Assembly (NCBI GenBank): GCA_963724295.1
Contig: CAVRUC010000011.1
Coordinates: 1-64,000 of the forward strand
Source of the DNA: an uncultured Chloroflexia bacterium
GTDB lineage: Bacteria > Chloroflexota > Chloroflexia > Thermomicrobiales > UBA6265
DNA length: 64,000 nt
Reading direction: 5' to 3'
Numbering within the stretch: position 1 is the stretch's first letter; every line of letters begins with the position of its first letter. Positions 29,318-40,543 of the stretch are shown piece by piece. Position numbers and translations under genes: made by a program. The notes under the pieces were generated by a model that was not told where the DNA came from, did no database searches, and saw only the letters and a program-made list of their open reading frames with translations.

Positions 29318-29717
29318 ATGCCCACGGGAGAAGTACCGGAGCGGTACCGGGATATCCTCGCCAGCACGGCCCTTGGGCATCTGGCCACGATCGGCCCGGA
29401 CGGACGGCCCCAGGTCAACCCGGTCTGGTTCCTCTCGGACGGCCGCTCCGTCTCCCTCAGCGTCAAGCCGGAGACGGCGAAGTACCGGAACTTACGCGCC
29501 AATCCCGCCGTCGCCATGTCGGTCGTGGATCTGGCGCGCCCCGACCGCTACGTCGAGATCCGGGGCGAGGTCGTCGAGTTCGAACTGTACGAGACGCTGG
29601 CCTGGGTCCACCAGCTGGCGCGCAAGTACACCGGCGCCGACTTCACCGGGGGCACAGACGGCGAGCCCCGCTACAAGGTGGTGATCCGGATCGATGCGTG
29701 GACCGGGTCAGGGCTGA
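29318..29717 (+). CDS. PPOX-class F420-dependent oxidoreductase (probable 1-nt frameshift near 29708; as read it runs to 29887)
   Basis: HLATIGPDGRPQVNPVWF, KYRNLRANPAV, YVEIRG, LARKY. Confidence 0.85.
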
Positions 29718-29778
29718 GGGAGCACTCTCGGTCACGGAGCGAGCCTGCCAAGAGCCTGGCTCGCTCCGAAGTTGGCGG

Positions 29779-30216
29779 TTATGAGGTCGGCACGTTTGAG
29801 CTAGCGATGACGCCTAGCTGCTGCATCAGGCTCATTCGGTCGAACTGCCCGCGGAACTCGGCGATCTTGCCGTCGGTGATGCGGTAGAAGACGACTCCCG
29901 GCACCGCGACCGATTTGCCGGTCGGGGGGATGCCCTGAAACTCGCCGCGGTGGGTGCCGCGGCCGGTCCAGCGCTCCGCCACCCGATCCCCCTCCACGAG
30001 CATCTCCTCCACGGTGGAGTGCCAGTCGGGGAAGGCGGAGCGGATCATGGTCGCGAGTGCCTTGAGATCATCCGGCGACCCCGCCACCGGTTCGTGGATG
30101 ACCGCGTCACGGGTCATCAATTCGTCCGCGGCATCAAGCTCGCCGCGGTTCCAGAATTCCTCGACGAACTGCTGCACGAGCGCCTTGTGCGCCTCGGCGT
30201 GTCCATTCGCTGCCAT
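29779..30216 (-). CDS. SnoaL-like ester cyclase
   Basis: AFPDW, EGDRV, GTHRGEFQGIPPTGK, LMQQLG. Confidence 0.9.
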   Translation of the reverse strand: MAANGHAEAHKALVQQFVEEFWNRGELDAADELMTRDAVIHEPVAGSPDDLKALATMIRSAFPDWHSTVEEMLVEGDRVAERWTGRGTHRGEFQGIPPTGKSVAVPGVVFYRITDGKIAEFRGQFDRMSLMQQLGVIASSNVPTS

Positions 30217-30368
30217 GAACGCATCCTCCTGATCTGGGCGACGAAGCGGCATCTGCCGGTCGTGTTCGACCACGATGGGCCGCCCGCGGCTCCCGGTCCA
30301 TACCACAACTCTGGTATTTCTCCGGGTCCGCCGTCCTCGTACACTGGCGGCATCGATGGGAGGCAGCG

Positions 30369-31478
30369 ATGGACCACAGCGCCGTGGCACGACGAGCCGA
30401 GCAGGACATCATGCGCCTGTGCCACGCCGGACTCGATTCCCGGAAGCTGCGCGTAGAGGCGCTGCGCCGGTTGCGCAAGATCGTTCCGGTCGATGCGGCC
30501 TTCTTCGCCACGGTCGACCCGGCGACGCTGCTGTTCACCGGCTCACTGACCGAGGAGATCCCCGACTCCGCTACCCCGGCCTTCCTGACCAATGAGTTCC
30601 TGCAGGATGACGTCACCAAGTTCGTCCACCTCGCCCACGCCGCGCGGCCGGTGCAGAGTCTGTACGCGGCGACGCGGGACGAGCCGGCCCTCAGTCTGCG
30701 GTATCGCGAGATCCTGGCCCCGATCGGTTTCGGCGACGAGCTGCGCGCGGCACTCCGCATCGGCGATGTGACGTGGGGCGTGCTGTGCCTGCATCGGGAG
30801 CTGACAGGCCCGGGATTTACGGCCGCCGAGGCCGCGTTTCTGGAACGCATCGTGCCGCACCTGGCCGTCGGTCTCCGGACGGGTCTGCTGATCGAGGAAG
30901 CGATCACCAGCTCAGGCGTTGATGCCCCGGGTCTGGTCGTGCTGGCCGACGATCTCTCAATCGCCGCCGTCACAGCGCCGGCTGAGCAATGGCTGGCGGA
31001 GGTCAGCGACTGGCCGCGGCGCAGTGAACCCCCGCAGACCGTCCTCGCCGTGGCTGCCCGGCTGTTAGCGCTGGAACAGGCTCGCGAGGATGCGCCAACC
31101 CTGCCGCCGCGGGCGCGGGTGCAAACGCGCTCCGGGCGGTGGCTCGTCCTGCATGCGTCGCGACTCTCCAGCCCTGCCGGCAGCGGCCCGATCGCGGTGA
31201 TCCTCGAACCAGCGTCACCGGCGGAGGTTGCTCCGCTCGTGCTCCAGGCTTACGGCTTGACTGAGCGCGAGGCCCAGGTCGCGCAGCTGGTGCTCCAGGG
31301 GCTTGCCACGGGCGAGATTGGCGACCGCCTCGCCATTACGGCGCTGACCGTGCAACAGCACCTCAAGGCCGTCTTCGACAAGACCGGGGCGCGCAGCCGG
31401 CGTGAGCTCGTCGCCCAGGTCTTCGCTCAGCAGTACCTGCCGCGCATGGTCGCTCGTTCGGGAGAAGGACCCGCGTGA
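30369..31478 (+). CDS. LuxR-type HTH regulator with N-terminal GAF-like domain
   Basis: VDPATLL, GDELRAAL, YGLTERE..HLKAVFDKTGARSRRELV. Confidence 0.88.
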   Translation: MDHSAVARRAEQDIMRLCHAGLDSRKLRVEALRRLRKIVPVDAAFFATVDPATLLFTGSLTEEIPDSATPAFLTNEFLQDDVTKFVHLAHAARPVQSLYAATRDEPALSLRYREILAPIGFGDELRAALRIGDVTWGVLCLHRELTGPGFTAAEAAFLERIVPHLAVGLRTGLLIEEAITSSGVDAPGLVVLADDLSIAAVTAPAEQWLAEVSDWPRRSEPPQTVLAVAARLLALEQAREDAPTLPPRARVQTRSGRWLVLHASRLSSPAGSGPIAVILEPASPAEVAPLVLQAYGLTEREAQVAQLVLQGLATGEIGDRLAITALTVQQHLKAVFDKTGARSRRELVAQVFAQQYLPRMVARSGEGPA

Positions 31479-31539
31479 CCGAGCACGCATGCGATCCCAC
31501 CGCAACGCGTGGCTCGACCTTCGCCGTCGGTTCTGATAA

Positions 31540-33934
31540 CTAGGATGTGGCGACGTCACCCAAGTCGCGGTCCAGCTCCAGCACCGCCTCGGCCTCGGCC
31601 AGAGCCTGCTCCAGGGTGAGCGCCCGACCGGCGGCAGCGGCCGCCTGATAGGCAGCATCACCCAGTGCCTCCCGCGCACGAGCATGCGCCCGCTCGTAGT
31701 GGTCACGGGCCGGCAGGGAGAACGCCGCCGCTTCGGTCTGTGCCAGCGCCTCCGCTTTGGCAAAGAGGCGCACCGCGGGCTGCCACGCCTCGCGCGCCGC
31801 AGCGAGGGTCGCCAAGTCGGCCAGCCCGACCGCGAGGGCGGCGCGGCTGCCGTGCTGCTGCAGGCGGGTCAACTCCTCGCGGAACCACATCGCCGCTGTC
31901 GTCGAGGTCCCCCGCGGCGCAGGCGATCAGACCCGAGATAGCGCAGCGGATCGATGGCATCGGCTGGCGTCGCCGGTGCGATCGTAGTGCTCCACGGCGT
32001 CCCGCAGCAGGACTGCGGGCGCGCGCATCGTCTCCCTGTGCCCAGGCGATCAGGCCAAGATGAAAGCGCGCGTGGCCGAACCAGTCTTCATGTCGTATCC
32101 GGCGTCGCGGAGAGCGGCCTCGTTGTCGCGGAAATAGGCCTCGTTGGCCGCGAAGAGCGCCGCGGCCTCGTCGTAGCGCCCCTGGCTGACGTAGACGCCA
32201 CCAAGCAGACTGCCCGCGAAGGCGCGGCCATAGGCGTCGCCGGTCTGCTCCCACCACGGGAAGCTCTCCGTCAACAGCGCGGTCGCGCGCTCCGTCTCAC
32301 CGCACACGTTGGCGAGCATTCCGCTGCACGTGAGCGCCCAGGCCCGCGGCCGCGGCGCGGCAGTCATCTGGCGGCGTCTCGAGCGCCTGATCGAGCCAGC
32401 GCCGCCCTTCGTTGAGGTGGCCGCGGTAGTACCAGAAGAAGGCCAGGGCCCCGGCCAGGCGCAGGAGCGTGTCGTGGTCACCCGTGTCCCGCGACCACGC
32501 CAGCGCCGCCCGCAGGTTGTCATGTTCGCGTTCGAGCACATCCGAGCCAGGTCGGGTCGCCGATCTCGAGGAGTCGGCCGGTGCGTTCGGCCAGATCGCG
32601 AGGAAGAACGCGGCGTGGCGATCTGCGGGTGGCCGACTCCTCGCCGCTCTCGACCAGCCGCTCCAGCGCGAACTCGCGGATCGTCTGCCAGCATCGTGTA
32701 GCGCGGCTCGGCGTCCTGCTCTTCAGTCTGCAGGAGACTGGCGTCAAGAAGCGACTGCCATCCCCTCCAGCACGTCGAACGGCTCATCCAGGTTGGCGAC
32801 CGCCTCGGCCGCCTCCAGCGTGCACCCTCCGGCGAAGACGCCGAGGCGGCGAAAGAGGGTCTGCTCGTTTGGCCGCAGCAGGTCGTAGCTCCAGGCGATC
32901 GTATCGCGGAGGGTGCGCTGCCGGTCCGGCAGGTCTTGAGCCCCGCCCGTGAGCAGCGGCAAGCGGCGGTCGAGCCGCACCGCGAGGGCGGCCGGCGAGA
33001 GGGCCCGGGCGCGGGCCGCCACCAGCTCCAGCGCCAGCGGTAATCCATCCAGACGGTGGACAATCTCCACTACCGCCGGAGCATTGGCCTCGCTCAAAGC
33101 GAAGTCGGATTTGACGGCACGCGCCCGATCGACGAAGAGGCGCACGGCCGCGGTCTGGCCAAGCTCCTCCAGAGGCGGCAGACGGCCGGCGTCGGGCAGC
33201 GCCAACGGAGGAACCGCGTACAGGTGCTCCCCCGAGAGGTGCAACGCCGCGCGACTGGTGGTCAACACCCGCAGGGCGGGACACGCCCCGAGGAGCTCGG
33301 CGACCAGCGGCGCCGCCGGGAGCACGTGTTCGAAGTTGTCGAGGACCAGGAGGAGGCGCTTGCCGGCGAGGTGCGTCACGAGCGCGTCGCGCAGGGTCTG
33401 CTCCGCCCGTTCCCGGACGCCCAGTCGCTCCGCGATTGTGGGAGCGACCAGGGCCGGATCAGCCAATGGCGCGAGCGAGACGAAGACCACGCCATCGGGA
33501 AACTTCGGCGCGACCTGCTCCGCGACGGCAAGCGCGAGGCGGGTCTTGCCGGTGCCGCCCGGTCCGGTCAGGGTGAGGAGCCGGATCGTGGGCTGAGCCA
33601 GCAGGGCAGCCACCGCCTCGATCGCCTGCTCTCGACCGATCGAGGGGGGTGAGGGGAACCGGCAGACCGGGATAGCAATCGCCTCGTTCCCGCCGCGCGC
33701 GTGTCGTCACAGGACGCCGGGCCGCGGCCACCAGCGCGGCCCGATCAGTTGGCGGGAGGGCAGGGCGTCCAGCAGGAGCTGCAACGTGTCCTTGCGCGGG
33801 AGCCCATGGGCGCCGCGCTCCAGGTCGCTGACGCCACGCGTGCTGACCCCAGCCCGTTCGGCGAGCTCCTCCTGGGTCAGCCCCGCGGCGACCCGGTAGC
33901 GTCGTAACAGACCACCGAAGTCGCTCTCCGTCAT
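31540..33934 (-). pseudogene. XRE-HTH + NB-ARC ATPase + TPR-like regulator, broken by several frameshifts
   Basis: GLTQEELAERAG; TGPGGTGKTRLA; LVLDNFEH; LDGLPLALEL; EREHDNLRAALAW, spread over at least 6 ORF pieces. Confidence 0.85.
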
Positions 33935-34144
33935 GCCCGCCACGCCTGGTAGATCGCTGCACGGGTGGGATGCGCCGATTCTAGAGGCACACGTCGACCT
34001 ACGCAATCAACGGAGATGTGGGTCGAGGTGTGAGTTAGTCGTGTTCAGGCGTGACGCCAGGCCCTAGGGTGCATGCACGCCACTGACCCGGATGAGGGCC
34101 ATCCGGAGATCGAGCGGCAGAGCGACAGGAACGGAGGCCATGTC

Positions 34145-34587
34145 ATGGAGCAGACACTCTTCACGTTGCCGATCCTCCCCGGAAAGACCGGGGCCGCCCG
34201 CGCCTTTCTGCAGGAGGTGGAAGGCCCGCGCATACAGGAACTCGCCGCGTGCGGTGCAGAGCGTGGGCATCGACCAGGGAGGTGTGGGCCATCCAGCAGA
34301 CGCCGCAGGGCGACATGTACGTCGCCTACATCGCCGGAGAGGACATCGCGCACGCGTTCAAGGAGTTCGCCGCCTCCCAGACCGAGTTCGATCGCTGGTT
34401 CAAGCAGCAGCTGCAGGAGACGACCGGCGCGGATCTGAACACGCCGCCGCCCGGACCCATCAGTGAGATCCTCGCCGACACCGATGGCCTGATCCGCCGA
34501 GACACCACGCGTTGGGTGGGGGCGGGTCAGCAAGACCCGCCCCCACCCAACGGGACGATGAGTATGGCAACTGACCAACGAGGCTGA
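34145..34587 (+). CDS. Hypothetical protein (frameshift near 34250; true stop possibly ~34492)
   Basis: LPILPGKT.. joined to EVWAIQQTPQGD..FDRWFKQQ..TGADL. Confidence 0.65.
34510..34552. repeat. Perfect 19-bp inverted repeat (REP-like hairpin or terminator)
   Basis: CGTTGGGTGGGGGCGGGTC-AGCAA-GACCCGCCCCCACCCAACG. Confidence 0.75.
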
Positions 34588-34609
34588 GCAAGCGCAAGGA
34601 GGGACGATC

Positions 34610-35143
34610 GTGACCGAACAGATGACGGATACCGTCGCCGCCACACCGACGAAGGCCGACTTGATCGAGGGCATCAACCGTGCGTGGTCGAACCTGGAGG
34701 AGGCGCTCGCCGGCTCGGATGAGGAGGCGTTGACGACGCCCGGCGGCGACCGCTGGTCTGTCAAGGATCACCTCGCCCACATCGAAAGCTGGGAGCGTTA
34801 TCTGCTCGCGCTACTCGAGCGGCGGTCGCCGTCGGCGGCGATCGGGATCGATCTCGTCACCCTGCGATCGACCGAGGACGACGCCCTCAACGAGCTGCTC
34901 GTCGAGCCAACCAAGGCGCAACCCCTCTCCCAGGTGCTGGCCGACCTGCGGCGCACGCACGAGCGACTCCTCGCCGCCATCGCTGCTGTGCCCGAGGGCG
35001 ATCTGGAGCGGCTCGCCGCCGATTACCAGCCAGAAGAACTGGCCGGCGACACGGACTCGATCGCCGTTTGGATCCACCACATCTGCGACGAGCACCTGCG
35101 CGACCACGTCGACTGGATCCAGCGTCTTAGCGGAAGCAGCTAA
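34610..35143 (+). CDS. DinB-like four-helix bundle protein
   Basis: WSVKDHLAHIESWE; EHLRDH. Confidence 0.82.
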   Translation: MTEQMTDTVAATPTKADLIEGINRAWSNLEEALAGSDEEALTTPGGDRWSVKDHLAHIESWERYLLALLERRSPSAAIGIDLVTLRSTEDDALNELLVEPTKAQPLSQVLADLRRTHERLLAAIAAVPEGDLERLAADYQPEELAGDTDSIAVWIHHICDEHLRDHVDWIQRLSGSS

Positions 35144-35546
35144 CCCCCGACGACAAGCGGCAGCTGCTCGCCCTGGACGGGCGCTCCTGGCCTCGGCGGC
35201 CGGGGCGCCCGTTCTGAGCGCCGCCACGCCCTGCTTCGGCTCACTGCAAACATGTGTCAAGCATGTCGTAGCGAGGCGTGGTTTGGGGCCTGCATGTCCG
35301 CCATAACCGCAACGGCGTATCGGCGCTGGATCAGGACCCACCTGATAGCAGTTGGCCGCCGGCTCGGGTGGACATCGCCCGTTCAGATCGGCGATGACGA
35401 TCGGTTTCTGACCGTCCCGCACCGCATGGCGAGCTAGCGCCCGGACGGACGTTTCCCACCGACTTCCGTAAACCGTTACATTTTCAGCGCTCCAGCCATT
35501 ACTCCAATGACAGAGCATTCTCGCGAGGCAAGCGGGAGCGAGCGGC

Positions 35547-36152
35547 GTGGCATCCATCTTTCATCGCCTGCGTCCACCGGAGAAGCCGGTAAGCACCCCG
35601 GTCGAAGACGCTCGACTCGTTGTGCTCGCTCAGGTTGATCAGCACGTGTTCGCCGCGATCTACGACCGCCACTTCGCCGGGATCTACGGGTATTGCTACC
35701 GAAGCCTGGGGACCGTGGAGCGGGCGGAGGATGCTGCGCAGCAGGTGTTTGCGCAGGCTCTGGCCGCGCTGCCCGAATACCGGGAGTCGGGGCGATTCCG
35801 CTCCTGGCTCTACACCATCGCCCATCACGTCATCCACGCTCAGCGTGACGCCGACCATAGCAACGCTTCGCTGGACGTCGCCGTCGAAGTACCCGATCCC
35901 GGGATTTCGCCTGAAGAGCAGGCACTGGGAGCCCTCGATCGTGGCGCGCTACTGGAGGCGATCGAGCTCCTGCCCCGCGATCAACGCCGCGTCATCGAGC
36001 TGCGGATCGCCGGGCTGAAAGGGCGCGAGATCGCCCAGGAGCTGGGGCGTAGTCATGAGGCGGTGCGGATGCTGCAGCACCGCGCCCTCGACCATCTGAC
36101 TGTCGCCCTGCTCAGCCCAGATCAGTCCCGAGGAGGCCGGTATGGAGCGTGA
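35547..36152 (+). CDS. ECF RNA polymerase sigma factor
   Basis: AEDAAQQVF, FRSWLYTIAH, LP..QR.VIELR, EIA..LG. Confidence 0.9.
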   Translation: MASIFHRLRPPEKPVSTPVEDARLVVLAQVDQHVFAAIYDRHFAGIYGYCYRSLGTVERAEDAAQQVFAQALAALPEYRESGRFRSWLYTIAHHVIHAQRDADHSNASLDVAVEVPDPGISPEEQALGALDRGALLEAIELLPRDQRRVIELRIAGLKGREIAQELGRSHEAVRMLQHRALDHLTVALLSPDQSRGGRYGA

Positions 36153-37355
36153 GGTGCGGCGCCGACAGGCGGAGGCGCTCGATCGCTACTGGGATGCGGT
36201 GGTCGGCGGAGACGAGCAGGGAGCCTCCCCAGACGTGGGCGAGGCACCCGCCGAGCTCATCCGACAGCTGCAGTCACTCGGTTCTACCCCGGGCATGGAG
36301 AAGGCCCGGGGACGGGTCTGGGAGCACGTGACCCACCGTTCGAGACGCGATCTGGAGGAGATGGCCATGGATACGACCGGAATCGTGCCAGGTGTGTTGC
36401 CAGCGATGGGAATGAACGGCCGGGTCGATCTGTTGCCTGTTCCTGAAGGCAGTCCGGGACCTCATGTCGCACCAGACCGCCGCTGGATGATGACGCAGTT
36501 TGCCACCGCAGCGCTCGTGGTCGTCACGCTGACCTTCGCCTACCTCGCCTTCGGTCCCCCGCGATCCGGCAGGCAGGATGAGCCAGCGGCGGGTATTCCG
36601 GCGGCGTTCTCGACCGGCAAGCCCCCCGGCCGGCACGATGGCGGAGGAAACGCTGGCGGAGATCACGTTGCCAGCGGACACGGTGCCAGCCACCATCTAT
36701 AGCGGGCAGAATCACTACACCATCCCGCCTGGCAGCAGTGGCAGGTGGGAGCCCTCAAGCTTCAGCGCAACCTGTTGCACTGGTCCGCGGCTGAACTACG
36801 TCCTCGAGGGCACCTACACCGTGCGGAGCGAGGGACCCGTGCAGGTGCTGCGCAGTGATGCCGAGCGGTGGGAGGACATTCCGGCGGGGACGCGAAATCG
36901 TGTTGGAGCCGGGAGATGCCCTGCTCTCGTGGATGAACGACAGCTTCGACGCCGTCAACGCCAGTTCGGACCCAGTGGAGCTGTTGGATGGAATTCTCTT
37001 CGATGGGGAGATGACCACCGATCCCATTCCTCAGGAGCCATCAGGCCGTCCGGCCTGGAGCTACCATGACCAGGACATCATGTTGACGCAGCAGCCGGTT
37101 CCGTCTGAACCTGTGATCCTGCGCTTGCGGCAAGCGACCCTCCCGAAAGGCGGAGTCCTTCCCCGCCCGCCAGGCGCGATCCTTCAACTAGCCGTGAGCC
37201 TGGATGCCGGTGACGTCGTCTTAACCGAAAACCCGCACAACCCGAACCCGTTCGAGTTAGGCAACCTCGGGAGCGGGCCGGCCACGATCTACATCCTGTC
37301 CCTTGAACCGGCGGGGGCAGCGAGCCCGACAGCTGCCGGCACACCGGGAGCGTAA
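36142..37355 (+). CDS. Putative membrane anti-sigma factor with extracytoplasmic cupin-like domains (frameshifts near 36620 and 36895)
   Basis: Overlaps the sigma stop codon; LDRYWD N-terminus, one TM, YVLEGT and LEPGDAL cupin motifs. Confidence 0.6.
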
Positions 37356-37384
37356 TGACCAGGTCGAAGAAAGGAATCACGGAG

Positions 37385-37956
37385 ATGCCACACAACGCCC
37401 GATCTTCAATGTCCCGCCTGAACCGACGCGCCGCAGTGACCGGGATTGGAGCCGCTGCGGTATTGAGTCTCGGTCATGTGGACCGCGCAGTAGCTCAAGA
37501 TGCCACCCCTGACGGGCGGGCCAATCATCCCAACATCGGCGTCTGGATGATCGACTCCCCGATCGGCCGGGCCATCGCAGTCTACGCTGACGACGGATCA
37601 GTCGTGACGGCCCTCCCCGCCACCCAGGCCGGTCCGCAAGGGGTGACCTTTAGCAGCACCCAGGTTGGGACATGGGAGCCAACGGGGGAGCGAAGTACCC
37701 ACCTGACCGTCGTCCAGTTGCTCTCCGACGCGGCGGGCGCGTTCGTTGGCACGGTCACCGTCGACGCCTACCAGACCGTAAGTGCGGATGGCCAGTCCTT
37801 CATCTCCGGTGAAGGGTCGTCGGTGACCATCCGTGATGCAGCCAACACTGTGGTGGACGTCATGTCCAGCTTCCCCCCGCGACGGGGGTGCGGATGGGTG
37901 TCGGTTCACCCGGCCTGGCCGAGGGCACACCTGTGACCGGAACTCCAGCGACCTAG
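37385..37956 (+). CDS. Tat-type secreted protein (frameshift in C-run near 37875)
   Basis: LNRRAAV signal, AQDATP, HP.IGVW, GTWEPTG; shifted frame ends GTPVTGTPAT-stop. Confidence 0.7.
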
Positions 37957-38295
37957 CGCACGAGCGCGTCACGCAGCGACGGGCCAGGGACCATCCCTGG
38001 CCCGCTGTGCGGCACTGAGCGCGCCCATGGTCTGGTCAACTTCAAGCTCCGAGGATCCTCGAGGTTTTGCCGCGCACCTGGCTCAGAGCGGGAAGGTGTC
38101 GAGGGAAGTCGCGCGTCCCTGGTAGGGGCACCGCATTCTCCACGCCGATCAGGCTATGACAGCGCACCGGCTTTCCAGAATCTGACCACGATCCACGCAT
38201 CACGAACCGCAAAGCATGGGGGCGCGGCATGCCGCGCCCCCTCATCTCGCTTTCGCGCCTTGTCTTACCGACTCACCGACTCACCGACTCCGCGC

Positions 38296-40173
38296 CTACG
38301 GACTGAACTGCGTGCCCCGGTAGGTGTTCCCGCCGCCGGTGTCGGGGAAGTTCATGCCGCTGATGGCGTACTGCCCGGCGAAGGGCACCGCCTGGCGGTC
38401 CCAGTTGCCGTTGTCGCTGGTGGCCCAGAGGGTGAAGTGCACGTGCGCCGTGCCCATGAATCCAGGGCCGCCCGGTCCGGAGACCTCGCCGAGAAGTTGT
38501 CCCTGCTGCACCGGCGTACCCGCTTCGAGCCCGCGGTTGAAGGTGACGTGGAACATGGCCACCGCGTGGCCGTTGCCGATGTCGATCGAGATGCCACCGG
38601 TGCTGGGATCGGTCCAGCGCACGACGCCGTTGACCGGCGAGTAAACCGGTTGGCCGGCCGTGTTGCCGTCGACGCGAGCCAGATCGAGGGAGTACTCGTA
38701 CTGCCAGAGACTGTCCTGGTTCTGGTGAGAGGAGCCATGGTAGCCCTGCATGATCGTCCACTCACCGCCGCTGACCGGCCAGATGATCCCGCCCGCGCCA
38801 AGCTCGGCGTTGGCTGCCGGTGCGGAGCCTTCCACCTTGCCTTCCTGGCCGCTGCCGTCAGTCTGGCTGTCCCGTTGCAGATAGGTCGCCGAGACCTGGA
38901 GATACTCCGCGGAGACCCAGCCGATCTGCTGGCCGTATTGCACCTGATAGAACCCCTGCTCCGGTCCCGCCAGCGTGGTCAGCGTCGCTCCGGCCGGGAT
39001 CGTGCCCATGATGGGGGCTGTCGCCTCGGGAGCCCCACGCAGGTTGACATGGTTGAGCGTGGTCGCCGCCAGGTCTCCGGAGCCACTGTCGACAGCCGGG
39101 TCGGCGACCAGCGGCGCCGTTTCCTGTGCCAGGCTGACGGGCGCGGCCGTGGTTTGCGGCGATGTCGTGAACGCGGAGAGGAGATTGGCGCTGATGTAAC
39201 CGGTGGTGCCGTTGTACCAGACCGGCGTCCAGCCGTTGCTCGGCGCGCCGGTGATCGTCACCGGGCCGCCCTGCGGCAGGACGCGCAAGACCTCGCTGCT
39301 TTCCGACGGTCCGGCACGCAGGTTGACGACGTCCGCCGCATAGGCGCTCTCGCCTGGCACCGCGGCGAGGTCGCCGATGAGCGCGACATCCCCGGTTGGC
39401 GCGGGCTCTGCCGCCGTCACCGGGGCGGGGGCCGCCTCCTGTAGCAGAGCGACGTCCTCGGTCGCCACTGCCGGCACGGTCTCAACCCCAGGCTCGCCGG
39501 CAGCCAGCCAGCCGCTGTCGACCCAGCCGGAGTTCCCCTCGTAGGTTACGCCGGCGAACCCCTGGTACCACTCTCCGGTGGGCGCCAGCGCCGCACCGGC
39601 CGGAATCACCATCAGCACGGGGTCGGCGAAGCTGGGGCCGGCGCGCAGGTTGAGATCGGCGGTGGTCACCGGATTGGCCGGAACCTCGCTGGATGACGCC
39701 GCCGGGGCCGGCAGTGCTTCAGCGGGAGCAGTCTCGACGGCCATCGTCTCGGTAGCAGCCGTCTCCGGCGCTACCTCGACCGGTGCTGCCTCTTGGGCCA
39801 GCTCGACCACGTCTGGCGAGGCCGCGGCTTGCCCGCCATCGATCAGGTAGCCGGCCACGACGTAGCCGGTCATCCCGTCGACGGAGACCATATGCCAGGC
39901 GGTGCCTTCCGCGGAGTAGACCGGGCCGTCGAGAATGTCCGCCGGGGCTCCTTCCGGGAGCGGCGACAGGACGGCCGCGTCGAAGCTGGGCGCCTCACGC
40001 AGCAGGACAGGCTCACCGCCGGTAGTGGCGACGAGTCCGACGGCCCCTGGATAGAGCGCGCTCTGGGCAAAGGCGGTGCTGCCAGCGGACGCCAGCGATG
40101 AGACCGTCGCGGCCAACGCCACGGCGATAACGATCCGGAGCCGGGTCACGGCTCGGCACGGGGTAGACGTCAT
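38296..40173 (-). CDS. Secreted protein with four SH3b domains and C-terminal M23-like peptidase domain
   Basis: LLREAPS, LNLRAGPS, VNLRAGPS, VNLRGAP repeats; H..YSLDL, PVYSPVNG, AHVHF. Confidence 0.88.
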   Translation of the reverse strand: MTSTPCRAVTRLRIVIAVALAATVSSLASAGSTAFAQSALYPGAVGLVATTGGEPVLLREAPSFDAAVLSPLPEGAPADILDGPVYSAEGTAWHMVSVDGMTGYVVAGYLIDGGQAAASPDVVELAQEAAPVEVAPETAATETMAVETAPAEALPAPAASSSEVPANPVTTADLNLRAGPSFADPVLMVIPAGAALAPTGEWYQGFAGVTYEGNSGWVDSGWLAAGEPGVETVPAVATEDVALLQEAAPAPVTAAEPAPTGDVALIGDLAAVPGESAYAADVVNLRAGPSESSEVLRVLPQGGPVTITGAPSNGWTPVWYNGTTGYISANLLSAFTTSPQTTAAPVSLAQETAPLVADPAVDSGSGDLAATTLNHVNLRGAPEATAPIMGTIPAGATLTTLAGPEQGFYQVQYGQQIGWVSAEYLQVSATYLQRDSQTDGSGQEGKVEGSAPAANAELGAGGIIWPVSGGEWTIMQGYHGSSHQNQDSLWQYEYSLDLARVDGNTAGQPVYSPVNGVVRWTDPSTGGISIDIGNGHAVAMFHVTFNRGLEAGTPVQQGQLLGEVSGPGGPGFMGTAHVHFTLWATSDNGNWDRQAVPFAGQYAISGMNFPDTGGGNTYRGTQFSP

Positions 40174-40543
40174 CTGACCCTCCCTCCGAGGTCAAACGAT
40201 GCCGAGAACCCCTGTACCCCTTCCCGCGGATCAACCGGGCAATCGTGGCGCCCGGTCCCGGTGCGTTCCGCGGCGTCCATCCCCATGAACCGCCGCCCGC
40301 ATCCGGAGTGTGGCGCTCATCGGGAGCCTCAAGCGCTGCCCCATCCGGCAACTCGGCTCCACGAGAGCAAGCGTCAGACACCGGTATTCGCCACCCATCC
40401 GTAGCTTCCGCGTGTCTGACGGGGGACACCCTACCAGATGACGGCGATTTTGGAAAGTCAAGGAGAAGACGGCTGCAAGAAGACGGCCAGACGGCAAGAC
40501 GGCGAGGAGGAAGGTCGCTGAAGACTTGTTGTGCGTTCACCCA

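Noticed and set aside
29718..29887. Genuine overlap of the PPOX gene with the convergent ester cyclase
   Set aside because: Removing one base near 29708 gives a normal WTGQG-stop end; likely an indel artefact
31540..33934. NB-ARC protein as an Avs/NLR-like anti-phage system
   Set aside because: XRE-HTH + ATPase + TPR layout with a divergent small target gene fits a transcription regulator; no nuclease, TIR or SIR2 effector
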